From positions 720,001 through 752,000 of the forward strand of contig NZ_CP074694.1 in the NCBI RefSeq assembly GCF_018398935.1: a DNA stretch of 32,000 nucleotides, given 5' to 3'. The notes below the pieces were generated by a model that ran no database searches, was not told the origin of the DNA, and saw only the letters and a program-made list of their open reading frames with translations. Source of the DNA: Telmatocola sphagniphila (GTDB lineage Bacteria > Planctomycetota > Planctomycetia > Gemmatales > Gemmataceae). Numbering within the stretch: position 1 is the stretch's first letter; every line of letters begins with the position of its first letter. A program made the position numbers and the translations under genes. Below are positions 17,820 to 25,423 of this stretch, piece after piece.

Positions 17820-19730
17820 ATGCTGACGACTCGAGGCTGGTGGCTGACAGTCCTGGCCTTACTCCAGGCGGCTATGGGATTCATTCTCAGTCAGCGCGGC
17901 GGAATGGCCTTGGCTGTCCTCGGGGTCACCATTCTTTGCTGGCTGTTAGTCGAGTGGATTCGCTTCCGTATCCATCTGTCCTATGTCGTTCCCCGATTGC
18001 AATTTCAACGGATCTTCCGTGCGGAAGGACGAGTCATCCGCTCGAGCTTTCCCAACCAGAAAATCACCGTATCCATTGCTTTCAAAAATCCCGCGCGGGT
18101 CAGCCTGCCGTTGTTTCAATTCCGAGACCTGGTGCCGGCGGGAGCTTTCGCCAGTCCGGAGGCTACGGGTAACTGGATCTCCTTGCCGCGCCGCGGGCAA
18201 ACGGAAATCTCCTACACGATTCAGCCTCAATTGATCGGGCTACTCACTTTCCATGGCATCGGCCTGCGACTCTCCGACTTGCACGGACTTTTCAGCTATC
18301 GACTAGTGCTGCATGATCCGATCGAATTGCCCATTCTTCCGCTAGGGCTACGTCGCGTTCATCAACCTCGTTCGACCAAACGGCATAACGTACTGCCGGC
18401 ATTGGGAACTCAGCGGTTTTTAAGGCCGGGCGGGGCGGGGGATCTGCTCGATTTGCGGGATTACCTGCCCGGCGACCCCCCCAAGATGATTGCCTGGAAG
18501 CAATCCGCCCGAAGAGACAAACTGATTACTCGGGAACTCGAGAGTGAGGTTCCGCTCCGCTGTACACTCTTTCTCGATGCCAGCCCGGAAATGATAGATT
18601 CCCCGGAAGCCTCCAGTGTGAAGCAAGTGCTGGTCGAGACGTCGGCGGCCATTCTCGAATCGCTGTTACGTAACCGGGATTACGTCGGCCTTTATACATT
18701 CGACGAAGCCTCCTCGCGAGGAATGAAGCCTTCGAGAAGTAGCCGACATCGAATCGAGATGCTGCAAAGACTTTCCGAAGTGGGACAGCCGGTGATAGCC
18801 AGTCACGATGTCGAGTGGATAACGCAGCAGACGCACGCAGTGGCTTCGGAAATCTACCCCAATCTGATGACCCCCCGGCGGAACAGCACACCCCTGACTC
18901 TAGCCTGGGAACCCGTTTTAGATTCAGCCGGGGCCTGGTTGATAATCCTGCTTCTCACGGCTCCTCTGCTCCTTCTCTGGCCGCGAATCCGGTTATTCCT
19001 CGATGATATTCTGGCGCTGACCCGGGGCAGATCGGATACCGATTTGTCACTGATGTTCGGATTGATTTCCGCCGGGATCGGCCTGTTCGCTTTCTTCGTT
19101 TTCGGTCTGCAGGGTTACTGGCCCTCGCGACGAAATCGGACACATCGCCGGAAACAACTGGCGGCCCTATTCACCGCATTCGACCGACGACCGGCTCGAG
19201 AGATCAGTTTCCTAAGAGAAAACGACGAAGAATTTACCTCTCGATGCCGGGATTTTCTGAGACATCACTCACTGGAATTTCTGGGGAATTCGACGCCACC
19301 GCCGCTGGAAGTTCCCAGCCCTGGCGAATTTAAAGTCGATCACCTCAACAACTCCCTAATCCAGTGCGTGACGAGAGCCCGGGATAACGAACTGTTCGTC
19401 ATTCTCGGTAACTTTGCCGAAAGTCAAGCAGCCTGGCCCCGATTGCTGCGGGCCATTCGGCTGATACGGGCCCGTCATCACGAAGTGGTATTCATCTGTC
19501 AACGCTTCCGCCTTGAAAAAAACCTCCCCGAACCCAGAGATCAACGGCTCTCTGCATTACAGAAGGATCTCCGGAAAGAGCTGATGCGGCTCTACGACGA
19601 GCAACTGTTGCAATTTCAAACCCGTGTCCGGCGTTTGGGGGTTCAACTGCTGTGGGCCGACGATGACGACACGGTCGCACGAATCGTTCAGAAGATGTCC
19701 GATCTGCGCGCGGCGAGGATACGTCGATGA
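17820..19730 (+). CDS. DUF58 family protein (vWA-like), unusually long, with an internal TM pair
   Basis: Two N-terminal TMs are present. The DUF58 core motif reads FLRPGGAGDLLDLRDYLPGDPPKMIAWKQSARRDKLITRELESEV, followed by LFLDASPEM (MIDAS-like). An internal hydrophobic pair follows (AWLIILLLTAPLLLLWP; LSLMFGLISAGIGLFAFFVFGL). Then NELFVILGNFAES...LIRARHHEVVFIC resembles the second half of the DUF58 vWA-like fold. Confidence 0.8.
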   Translation: MLTTRGWWLTVLALLQAAMGFILSQRGGMALAVLGVTILCWLLVEWIRFRIHLSYVVPRLQFQRIFRAEGRVIRSSFPNQKITVSIAFKNPARVSLPLFQFRDLVPAGAFASPEATGNWISLPRRGQTEISYTIQPQLIGLLTFHGIGLRLSDLHGLFSYRLVLHDPIELPILPLGLRRVHQPRSTKRHNVLPALGTQRFLRPGGAGDLLDLRDYLPGDPPKMIAWKQSARRDKLITRELESEVPLRCTLFLDASPEMIDSPEASSVKQVLVETSAAILESLLRNRDYVGLYTFDEASSRGMKPSRSSRHRIEMLQRLSEVGQPVIASHDVEWITQQTHAVASEIYPNLMTPRRNSTPLTLAWEPVLDSAGAWLIILLLTAPLLLLWPRIRLFLDDILALTRGRSDTDLSLMFGLISAGIGLFAFFVFGLQGYWPSRRNRTHRRKQLAALFTAFDRRPAREISFLRENDEEFTSRCRDFLRHHSLEFLGNSTPPPLEVPSPGEFKVDHLNNSLIQCVTRARDNELFVILGNFAESQAAWPRLLRAIRLIRARHHEVVFICQRFRLEKNLPEPRDQRLSALQKDLRKELMRLYDEQLLQFQTRVRRLGVQLLWADDDDTVARIVQKMSDLRAARIRR

Positions 19731-20548
19731 ACGAACAAAAATTCAGAAATCCCCTGCACCTGCTCAGTCAGACCATGGCAGAACCCGGGCCGCGGAATTA
19801 TCTTTTTTTGACCAGCGCGTGCCTGCTCTTGAACTTCTTTTTGATGTCATCGCAGGGAGCCGAACTGATTGGTCTGTTTGCTCTTTTGTTCGCTATTCCG
19901 GGGATTCTGGCAAGTTGGAGCAGTTCGCTTTACCTCTATGTAATTATCATCGGCTATCACCTGTTCGATCCGGGTCTGAGGATCGCCGCGCAGAATTTTA
20001 ATTCCCGGTCCTTCGGGCTTCCCGGCATGCCCCGGCTGGAACGAATACTGCTAGCCCTGGGAACGCTCGGATATGTCATGGGGCAGTTGAAACTGTTGGG
20101 ATTCTGGCGCTTCCTGTTACCTCCGCGATTTCGAAATCGCGGAGAAGCCATCGAACTGACCGAAGGGCCTATCGTCCGCAAGGCAGAGGATTGTCCCCCA
20201 ACTGAAACGGGTGATTCGATCTTTCAGGTCCTGATCTGCGGCGTCTTGGCGGTGGTTCTATGTAACGCCCTCTACAACAGCGGACTCTGGTTGAATGAGA
20301 AGCGGTTTATAACGCTGGAAGCCAACCTGGCCAGTCTGGCCTTATTCGTCGGTCTTATCGCGGCGATCCTGCTGGTCCTCTATTTGTTGTTTCTGATAAT
20401 GGATCGCCGCAAGACGACACAAGACGAGGCTTACCTGACGCTCGCTGATGAATTCTGGAAGAGCAGTCGACGCGAACAGCAGCGAATGGACCGCTGGATC
20501 AAATGGTATAAGCGAAAGCAGATGCGAAAAGGAGAGAACCTTCCATGA
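19727..20548 (+). CDS. Polytopic membrane protein of unknown function (operon member)
   Basis: 273 aa. There are at least 5 hydrophobic segments (LFLTSACLLLNFFLM, LIGLFALLFAIPGILA, LYLYVIIIGY, ILLALGTLGYVMG, VLICGVLAVVLC, LALFVGLIAAILLVLYLLFLI) and a basic C-tail. ATGA overlaps link it to both neighbours. Confidence 0.6.
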   Translation: MNEQKFRNPLHLLSQTMAEPGPRNYLFLTSACLLLNFFLMSSQGAELIGLFALLFAIPGILASWSSSLYLYVIIIGYHLFDPGLRIAAQNFNSRSFGLPGMPRLERILLALGTLGYVMGQLKLLGFWRFLLPPRFRNRGEAIELTEGPIVRKAEDCPPTETGDSIFQVLICGVLAVVLCNALYNSGLWLNEKRFITLEANLASLALFVGLIAAILLVLYLLFLIMDRRKTTQDEAYLTLADEFWKSSRREQQRMDRWIKWYKRKQMRKGENLP

Positions 20549-20781
20549 TCAATTCGAGAGAAATTGCGGGCTGGATTTTGGTCGGACTAGGGATCGCGAT
20601 TTTTGGTTTCGCGTTCGTAATGCTGTTGACCAGCCGTTGGATTGTGGAATCGGGGCCGATCATCTTTAGCGGTTTTATCGTCTTTCGCGGCGGCATCCAT
20701 CTTTTGAAAGTCGCGCTGGCAGCTCGGATCTGCCAGCCCATCGAAGCGGTAAAAACCATGCCGTCTCGAAAGCGGTTATGA
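20545..20781 (+). CDS. Small two-TM membrane protein (operon member)
   Basis: 78 aa with two hydrophobic helices (IAGWILVGLGIAIFGFAFVMLL; IIFSGFIVFRGGIHLL). Its start overlaps the upstream stop (ATGA). Confidence 0.5.
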   Translation: MINSREIAGWILVGLGIAIFGFAFVMLLTSRWIVESGPIIFSGFIVFRGGIHLLKVALAARICQPIEAVKTMPSRKRL

Positions 20782-20785
20782 ACTC

Positions 20786-21103
20786 CTAGAGAAGGGCGAT
20801 TGCGATTAACAGAATCCCAATCGCGTTCATCGCAAATTCAAATAGTCCCAGATAAACGGCCAGACGAGCATGGCTCAGCCCCTCGGCCATTCCCGACTTG
20901 AATATCCTTCGGATTCCCACCCATCCTGTGATAACCGCGAATGTTCCTGAAACAACGCCTATAAATGGAATGAGCCCGATAAGTGCAAAAACAAAGGACC
21001 AGCGAGCCCAAAAATTAGTTTGGGGGAGAAACGGCCTGGGTTCGTAACAGTCGAACCGCTTTTGATCGGCGCGTTTGAGTGGCGTAGTTGACCAGCCGAG
21101 CAT
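20786..21103 (-). CDS. Small membrane protein, DUF4190-like
   Basis: WSFVFALIGLIPFIGVVSGTFAVITGWVGIRRI plus a second C-terminal helix. The track ORF starts at GTG 21169. I prefer ATG 21103, which is preceded by GAGGGA 7 nt upstream. Confidence 0.5.
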   Translation of the reverse strand: MLGWSTTPLKRADQKRFDCYEPRPFLPQTNFWARWSFVFALIGLIPFIGVVSGTFAVITGWVGIRRIFKSGMAEGLSHARLAVYLGLFEFAMNAIGILLIAIALL

Positions 21104-21189
21104 GTGAGGTCCCTCAAGGTGTAGTTCACAAGAATAGCCGATCTTCCAAGCTTGAGGCGTCTTGCCCACTGATTTTGAAGGAATTACAA

Positions 21190-21873
21190 GTGATTCGAGC
21201 CGTTTGGTTTGATGCAGTAGGTACTATCCTTTATCCCGAACCGCCTGTGACCCAGATCTATCAGCAAGTGGCCAGCCAATATGGAGTTCATTTTCCGGAA
21301 ATTCAAATCCGCGAGCGATTGAAAGAGGTTTACTCCCGTCAGGAGACGGTCGATCGCTCCCGCGACTGGTCCACTTCGGAGGATCGGGAATTGGAACGAT
21401 GGCACGAAGTGGTTGTCGAGACCTTCCGGGAATCTCCCCAGCGCGAGCAGATCTTTCAGGAGCTTTATCACTGGTTTGCGCAACCGACGGCCTGGCGACT
21501 CTTCGAAGATTTTCTGCCGACATTGGATAGGCTGTTGAAGCGGAATTTGCCCGTCGGTCTAGCTTCGAATTTCGACAAACGGCTACGCACCATCGTGAAT
21601 GAGATGCCCGAATTGAGTAATTTTCGAACTCAGCTGCTCATTAGTTCCGAAATGGGTTGTCGGAAGCCGGGGAAACAATTTTTTCAACGAGTGATCGAAC
21701 ATTCGGGTTGTTCGGCTCCTGAAATTCTGTTCGTGGGCGATGATCGGGTGAACGATTTTCAGGCCGCCAAGGCTTGTGGGATGAGAAGCCTACTCGTTGA
21801 ACGCGCTCCCAAAAGCTCCCATGAGAAAGGTACGATTTCCTCTCTAATTGACGTGCAGAGATTCCTGGATTGA
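21190..21873 (+). CDS. HAD superfamily hydrolase (subfamily IA, REG-2-like)
   Basis: Motif I: VWFDAVGTILYP. Motif II: PVGLASNFD. Motifs III/IV: KPGKQFF ... LFVGDDRVNDFQAAKACGM. The track start 21088 is a TTG that overlaps the divergent gene. No ATG precedes motif I, so I chose GTG 21190 with GAAGGA upstream (TTG 21175 is an alternative). Confidence 0.8.
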   Translation: MIRAVWFDAVGTILYPEPPVTQIYQQVASQYGVHFPEIQIRERLKEVYSRQETVDRSRDWSTSEDRELERWHEVVVETFRESPQREQIFQELYHWFAQPTAWRLFEDFLPTLDRLLKRNLPVGLASNFDKRLRTIVNEMPELSNFRTQLLISSEMGCRKPGKQFFQRVIEHSGCSAPEILFVGDDRVNDFQAAKACGMRSLLVERAPKSSHEKGTISSLIDVQRFLD

Positions 21874-23388
21874 TCGCGCTTTCTTCCGGAGGGCTTGAAG
21901 TTCCGATCCGGGAATTCGCTGCAGATTTTTCAGCTGCATCGCCATCCGCATATTGCCTTTCAGCAATGGCAAATTCCGATCGAGAAAATCCCAATAGAGG
22001 GTGGTAAATGGGCAGGCCTCCTCGCCGGTTGACTCGGTCGGTTTGTAACGGCAGCCCTGGCAGTAGTTGCTCATGCGATTGATGTAGGCTCCCGAGGCCG
22101 CATAGGGCTTTGAGGCCATAACGCCGCCGTCGGCAAATTGGGACATCCCGATGACGTTGGGAACCTCGACCCATTCCACGGCATCCACATAAACGGCCAG
22201 ATACCATTCGTGGATGGCCTTGGGTTGAACTCCCAACAAAAGGGAGAAGAGCCCGGTAATCATTAACCGCTGAATGTGGTGGGCGTAGCCGTAGTCGAGA
22301 GTTTGCTGGATCGTCTCGCGAAGGCAGTGCATATCGGTATTTGCCGTCCAGAAAAAAGCGGGAAGGGGTTGTTGAGCGTTGAGTGCATTCCTCTCCAGGT
22401 AATCGGGCATGAATTTCCAGTAAATGCCGCGAACATATTCGCGCCAGCCGAGGATCTGACGGATGAACCCCTCAGCCGCCGGGAGGGGAACTCGCCCGAG
22501 ATGATAAGCTTTCTCGGCCGCGCGAATCACTTCCATCGGATTTAATAACTTCAAGTTTAACGCGGCGGAAATTCGCGAATGATACAGCCAGGTTTGGCTG
22601 GTCCACATGGCATCCTGATAATCGCCGAAGTGCGGCAGTCGATGCTCGATGAAGTCTTTCAGTGCGGCTCGCGCTTGTTCGGTAGTCACCGGCCAGTCGA
22701 AATTTTTTGTGGAACCGGGGTTGTCCGAAAGCCATTTTTCAACGGTCTGAATGACCTGGCGAGTATTGGCGTCCGGCTCAAAGGCGACCGGCACTGGCAA
22801 CAATCCCGGGCCTTTTTTCCCGAAGCTTTTGCGGTTCTCCGAATCGAAGTTCCAGGCGCCTCCCAGCGGTTCGGAGCCCTCCATCAGGATTCCCGTTTTC
22901 TTTCGCAATTCCCTATAGAAGAATTCCAGTCGGAGTTGTTTGCGATCCCGGCAGTGCTCCTCGAATTCCTGATTCGAACTGATGAAGTGATTGTCCGGAA
23001 CCAGTTGCAGCGGGATTCGATGACCCCGGGCGGTTTCCTCAAGAGATTTTTTGACTCGAAAATCGCCGGGTTCGGTAAGGCGAATCGCTCCCGGAGTTCG
23101 GCTTTTGATAGACTTTTCGAGTTCCGCCGACAGTGAACCGGCGTTTGAAACATCGTCCAACTGCGTATAGAGGACTTTGCGGCCCAGGGATTTCTGCTGG
23201 TCGCGAAAGTGCCGCATGGCCGAGAGGAAATAAGTCGAGCGAGCTTTATGAGACCAGACGTGGCGCGACTCATCGCGGACTTCCGCCATCCAAATTGCAT
23301 CCTGCTTCGGATGGAAACCGTCCAGAGCGGGCGATTGATCGGATAACTGGTCCCCCAAGACCACGATAAGATTCCGAAGTTTGGACAT
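21844..23388 (-). CDS. FeS-cluster bacterial cryptochrome/photolyase (FeS-BCP/CryPro; PhrB-like (6-4) photolyase)
   Basis: N-terminus: LRNLIVVLGDQL. C-terminal half: WREYVRGIYW, AHHIQRLMITG. Four Cys occur with spacing C-x87-C-x2-C-x12-C (MHCL ... NYCQGCRYKPTESTGEEACPF), which matches the [4Fe-4S]-ligating cysteines of PhrB as I recall them. The track start 23409 is TTG. ATG 23388 is preceded by AGAGGCGGG. Confidence 0.85.
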   Translation of the reverse strand: MSKLRNLIVVLGDQLSDQSPALDGFHPKQDAIWMAEVRDESRHVWSHKARSTYFLSAMRHFRDQQKSLGRKVLYTQLDDVSNAGSLSAELEKSIKSRTPGAIRLTEPGDFRVKKSLEETARGHRIPLQLVPDNHFISSNQEFEEHCRDRKQLRLEFFYRELRKKTGILMEGSEPLGGAWNFDSENRKSFGKKGPGLLPVPVAFEPDANTRQVIQTVEKWLSDNPGSTKNFDWPVTTEQARAALKDFIEHRLPHFGDYQDAMWTSQTWLYHSRISAALNLKLLNPMEVIRAAEKAYHLGRVPLPAAEGFIRQILGWREYVRGIYWKFMPDYLERNALNAQQPLPAFFWTANTDMHCLRETIQQTLDYGYAHHIQRLMITGLFSLLLGVQPKAIHEWYLAVYVDAVEWVEVPNVIGMSQFADGGVMASKPYAASGAYINRMSNYCQGCRYKPTESTGEEACPFTTLYWDFLDRNLPLLKGNMRMAMQLKNLQRIPGSELQALRKKARSIQESLHVN

Positions 23389-23410
23389 GCCCGCCTCTTG
23401 GAGTTTCAAG

Positions 23411-23437
23411 TCTGACCGATTAATAGGTTCGGTCAGA
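23411..23437 (-). terminator. Perfect 9-bp stem hairpin between leuA stop and photolyase start (no U-tract)
   Basis: TCTGACCGA (23411..23419) and TCGGTCAGA (23429..23437) are exact reverse complements with a 9-nt loop. It lies 15 nt after the leuA stop on the minus strand. No U-run follows, so a terminator function is uncertain. Confidence 0.3.
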
Positions 23438-23452
23438 TCTCAAAAGCCAAGA

Positions 23453-25021
23453 TCAGGCAATATGCGATTCCGTCGGTTTCAAACGGGGATTGACCTGTCG
23501 GGACGCAATCCGATTCAGGATCTGCAAATAAGCCAGGGCGCTGGCTTCCACAATATCCGTACTGACCGCCCGCCCGGACAACTTTTTACCTTCGTAAGAA
23601 ACCTCCACAGTCGCTTCGCCCAACGCATCGCCGCCCATGGTCAGACTGCGAACTCGATAATCGAGGAATTCCACTTCGATCTTGGTGATGCGGTCTATGG
23701 CCGTGAAAACGGCATCGACCGGGCCGTCACCGCAAGCCGCTTCCCGAACTATTTCGCCATCGGAGTGCCAGAGGGCTATGGCCGCTGAGGGGAGGGTGCC
23801 GGTGCCTGCATTGCAGGTAAATGCTTCCAGGGTCCAGACGGTGTGATGTCCGGTATGCAGCAGGTTTTCGCACAACGCTTCGATATCGGCATCGTAAATC
23901 GTTTTCTTGCGGTCGGCCAGGATTTTGAAAGCATCGAACACTTTTTGAAGCTGGGTATCATCCAGGTGATAGCCCAGTTCCTGAATGCGATCTTTCAGAG
24001 CATGACGGCCGCTGTGCTTGCCGAGCACCAGTTCGGTTTTCGAAATGCCGACATCTTCCGGCCGCATGATCTCGTAGGTGGAGCGTTCTTTCAGCATGCC
24101 GTCCTGATGGATGCCGGCTTCGTGCGCGAACGCGTTCTGGCCGACAATGGCTTTGTTTCGCTGCACCATCATGCCGGTAGTGGTCGTCAGCTTACGGCTG
24201 GTCGGGAAAAGCAACCGAGTGTTGATGCCCGTTTGCAGATTGAAGAAGTCCTTGCGGGTCTGCAAAGCCATCACGACTTCTTCGAGAGCGCAGTTACCCG
24301 CTCGTTCACCGATGCCGTTGATGGTGCATTCGACTTGTCGGGCACCTTCCATGAGGGCGGCCAGGCTATTTGCCACGGCCAGCCCCAGATCGTTATGGCA
24401 GTGGACCGACAGAATGGCTTTTTCGATGCCGCGCACATTTTTCTTTAAATAGCGCATGATGTCGGCGTAGTGCGACGGAACCGAGTAGCCGACGGTATCC
24501 GGTATGTTCAGGGTAGTAGCCCCGCATTCCAAAGCTCTTTCGCAAACCTCGGCCAGGAATTCCAACTCGGTACGGGAGGCGTCTTCAGGTGAGAATTCAA
24601 TATCCTCGCAATACTCGCGCGCCATTTTGACGCTTTCGATGGTTCGCTTGACGATCTCCTCGCGGCTCATGCGAAGTTTGAATTCGCGATGGATGGCACT
24701 GGTGGCCAGAAAAAGGTGGATACGCGGTTTTTCGGCGTCTTTGATGGCCGCGGCTGCTTTTTCGATATCTGCTTTATTGCATCGGGCCAACCCGGCGATG
24801 ATCGGGCCGCGCACTTCGCGAGCGATTGCCTGTACCGATTCGAAATCCCCTGGGGAAGCAATGGGAAAACCCGCCTCGATAACGTCCACGCCCAATTCCT
24901 GAAGCGCGTGGGCCATCTCCAGCTTTTCCGACAGGTTCATGCTGCAACCGGGGGATTGCTCCCCATCGCGCAGGGTGGTGTCGAAAATCAAGACCCGGTT
25001 GGGATCGGTCGGGGGGACCAT
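23453..25021 (-). CDS. leuA: 2-isopropylmalate synthase
   Basis: VLIFDTTLRDGEQSPG, HCHNDLGLAVANSLAA, and GIGERAGNCALEEVVMAL are present, together with a C-terminal LeuA allosteric/dimerisation domain. 522 aa, ATG start with GGAG 8 nt upstream. Confidence 0.95.
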   Translation of the reverse strand: MVPPTDPNRVLIFDTTLRDGEQSPGCSMNLSEKLEMAHALQELGVDVIEAGFPIASPGDFESVQAIAREVRGPIIAGLARCNKADIEKAAAAIKDAEKPRIHLFLATSAIHREFKLRMSREEIVKRTIESVKMAREYCEDIEFSPEDASRTELEFLAEVCERALECGATTLNIPDTVGYSVPSHYADIMRYLKKNVRGIEKAILSVHCHNDLGLAVANSLAALMEGARQVECTINGIGERAGNCALEEVVMALQTRKDFFNLQTGINTRLLFPTSRKLTTTTGMMVQRNKAIVGQNAFAHEAGIHQDGMLKERSTYEIMRPEDVGISKTELVLGKHSGRHALKDRIQELGYHLDDTQLQKVFDAFKILADRKKTIYDADIEALCENLLHTGHHTVWTLEAFTCNAGTGTLPSAAIALWHSDGEIVREAACGDGPVDAVFTAIDRITKIEVEFLDYRVRSLTMGGDALGEATVEVSYEGKKLSGRAVSTDIVEASALAYLQILNRIASRQVNPRLKPTESHIA

Positions 25022-25051
25022 TGGGAACTCCGTTCGAACGAAAAAGCCAAC

Positions 25052-25083
25052 AAAAAAACCCTGGAACTTCTGGTTCCAGGGTT
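25052..25083 (-). terminator. Intrinsic terminator inside the leuA 5' leader (attenuator candidate)
   Basis: Minus-strand RNA: AACCCUGGAAC-CAGAA-GUUCCAGGGUU followed by UUUUUGUUGGCUUUUU. The stem is 11 bp perfect, the loop 5 nt, and there are 7 consecutive U. It ends ~30 nt upstream of the leuA ATG. No minus-strand gene lies upstream for it to terminate. Confidence 0.55.
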
Positions 25084-25109
25084 CGTTATCCTTCGGATGA
25101 CGTCAGCCG

Positions 25110-25175
25110 CTACCTGGAACCACAACTTATGCGGGGTGCAAGAATTAGAATCGGTAGCAGCAGCTTAATGACCAT
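25110..25175 (-). CDS. Candidate 21-aa leader peptide MVIKLLLPILILAPRISCGSR (Leu/Ile-rich)
   Basis: My own translation of the minus strand: ATG GTC ATT AAG CTG CTG CTA CCG ATT CTA ATT CTT GCA CCC CGC ATA AGT TGT GGT TCC AGG TAG. It contains 5 Leu, 4 Ile and 1 Val in 21 residues. The last three sense codons (GGUUCCAGG) are complementary to the 5' arm of the downstream terminator. No clear Shine-Dalgarno sequence is present. Confidence 0.4.
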   Translation of the reverse strand: MVIKLLLPILILAPRISCGSR

Positions 25176-25423
25176 GCATTCAAATTTAAAGCAATTCGGC
25201 ACAATTTTCCAGAGGAATTTTCGAGTTTCCCCTTCTTCGGCCGCGACCGCGAATCTCGGAAGGGTGACCGTGGGCGAGAATTCTGCCAGCTAATTCACGC
25301 TTTATGAATTTTGGCAGAAGTTATTTCATACACTCCCAATACGATTTCTCATTTCTTTTTGCTTGAATTTCCAGGCTACACGGTAAAGATGATGGAGAGA
25401 ATTCCACTCCACAGAGGAACATC

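Noticed and set aside
21088-21189. TTG start at 21088 for the HAD hydrolase.
   Set aside because: It would overlap the divergent small membrane protein gene and add 34 residues before HAD motif I with no homology. GTG 21190 with an upstream GAAGGA is more plausible.
25021-25293. Plus-strand 90-aa ORF in the leuA upstream region.
   Set aside because: It starts at a non-ATG codon abutting the leuA start on the opposite strand and has no motifs. The region is better explained as the leuA leader with a terminator hairpin on the minus strand.
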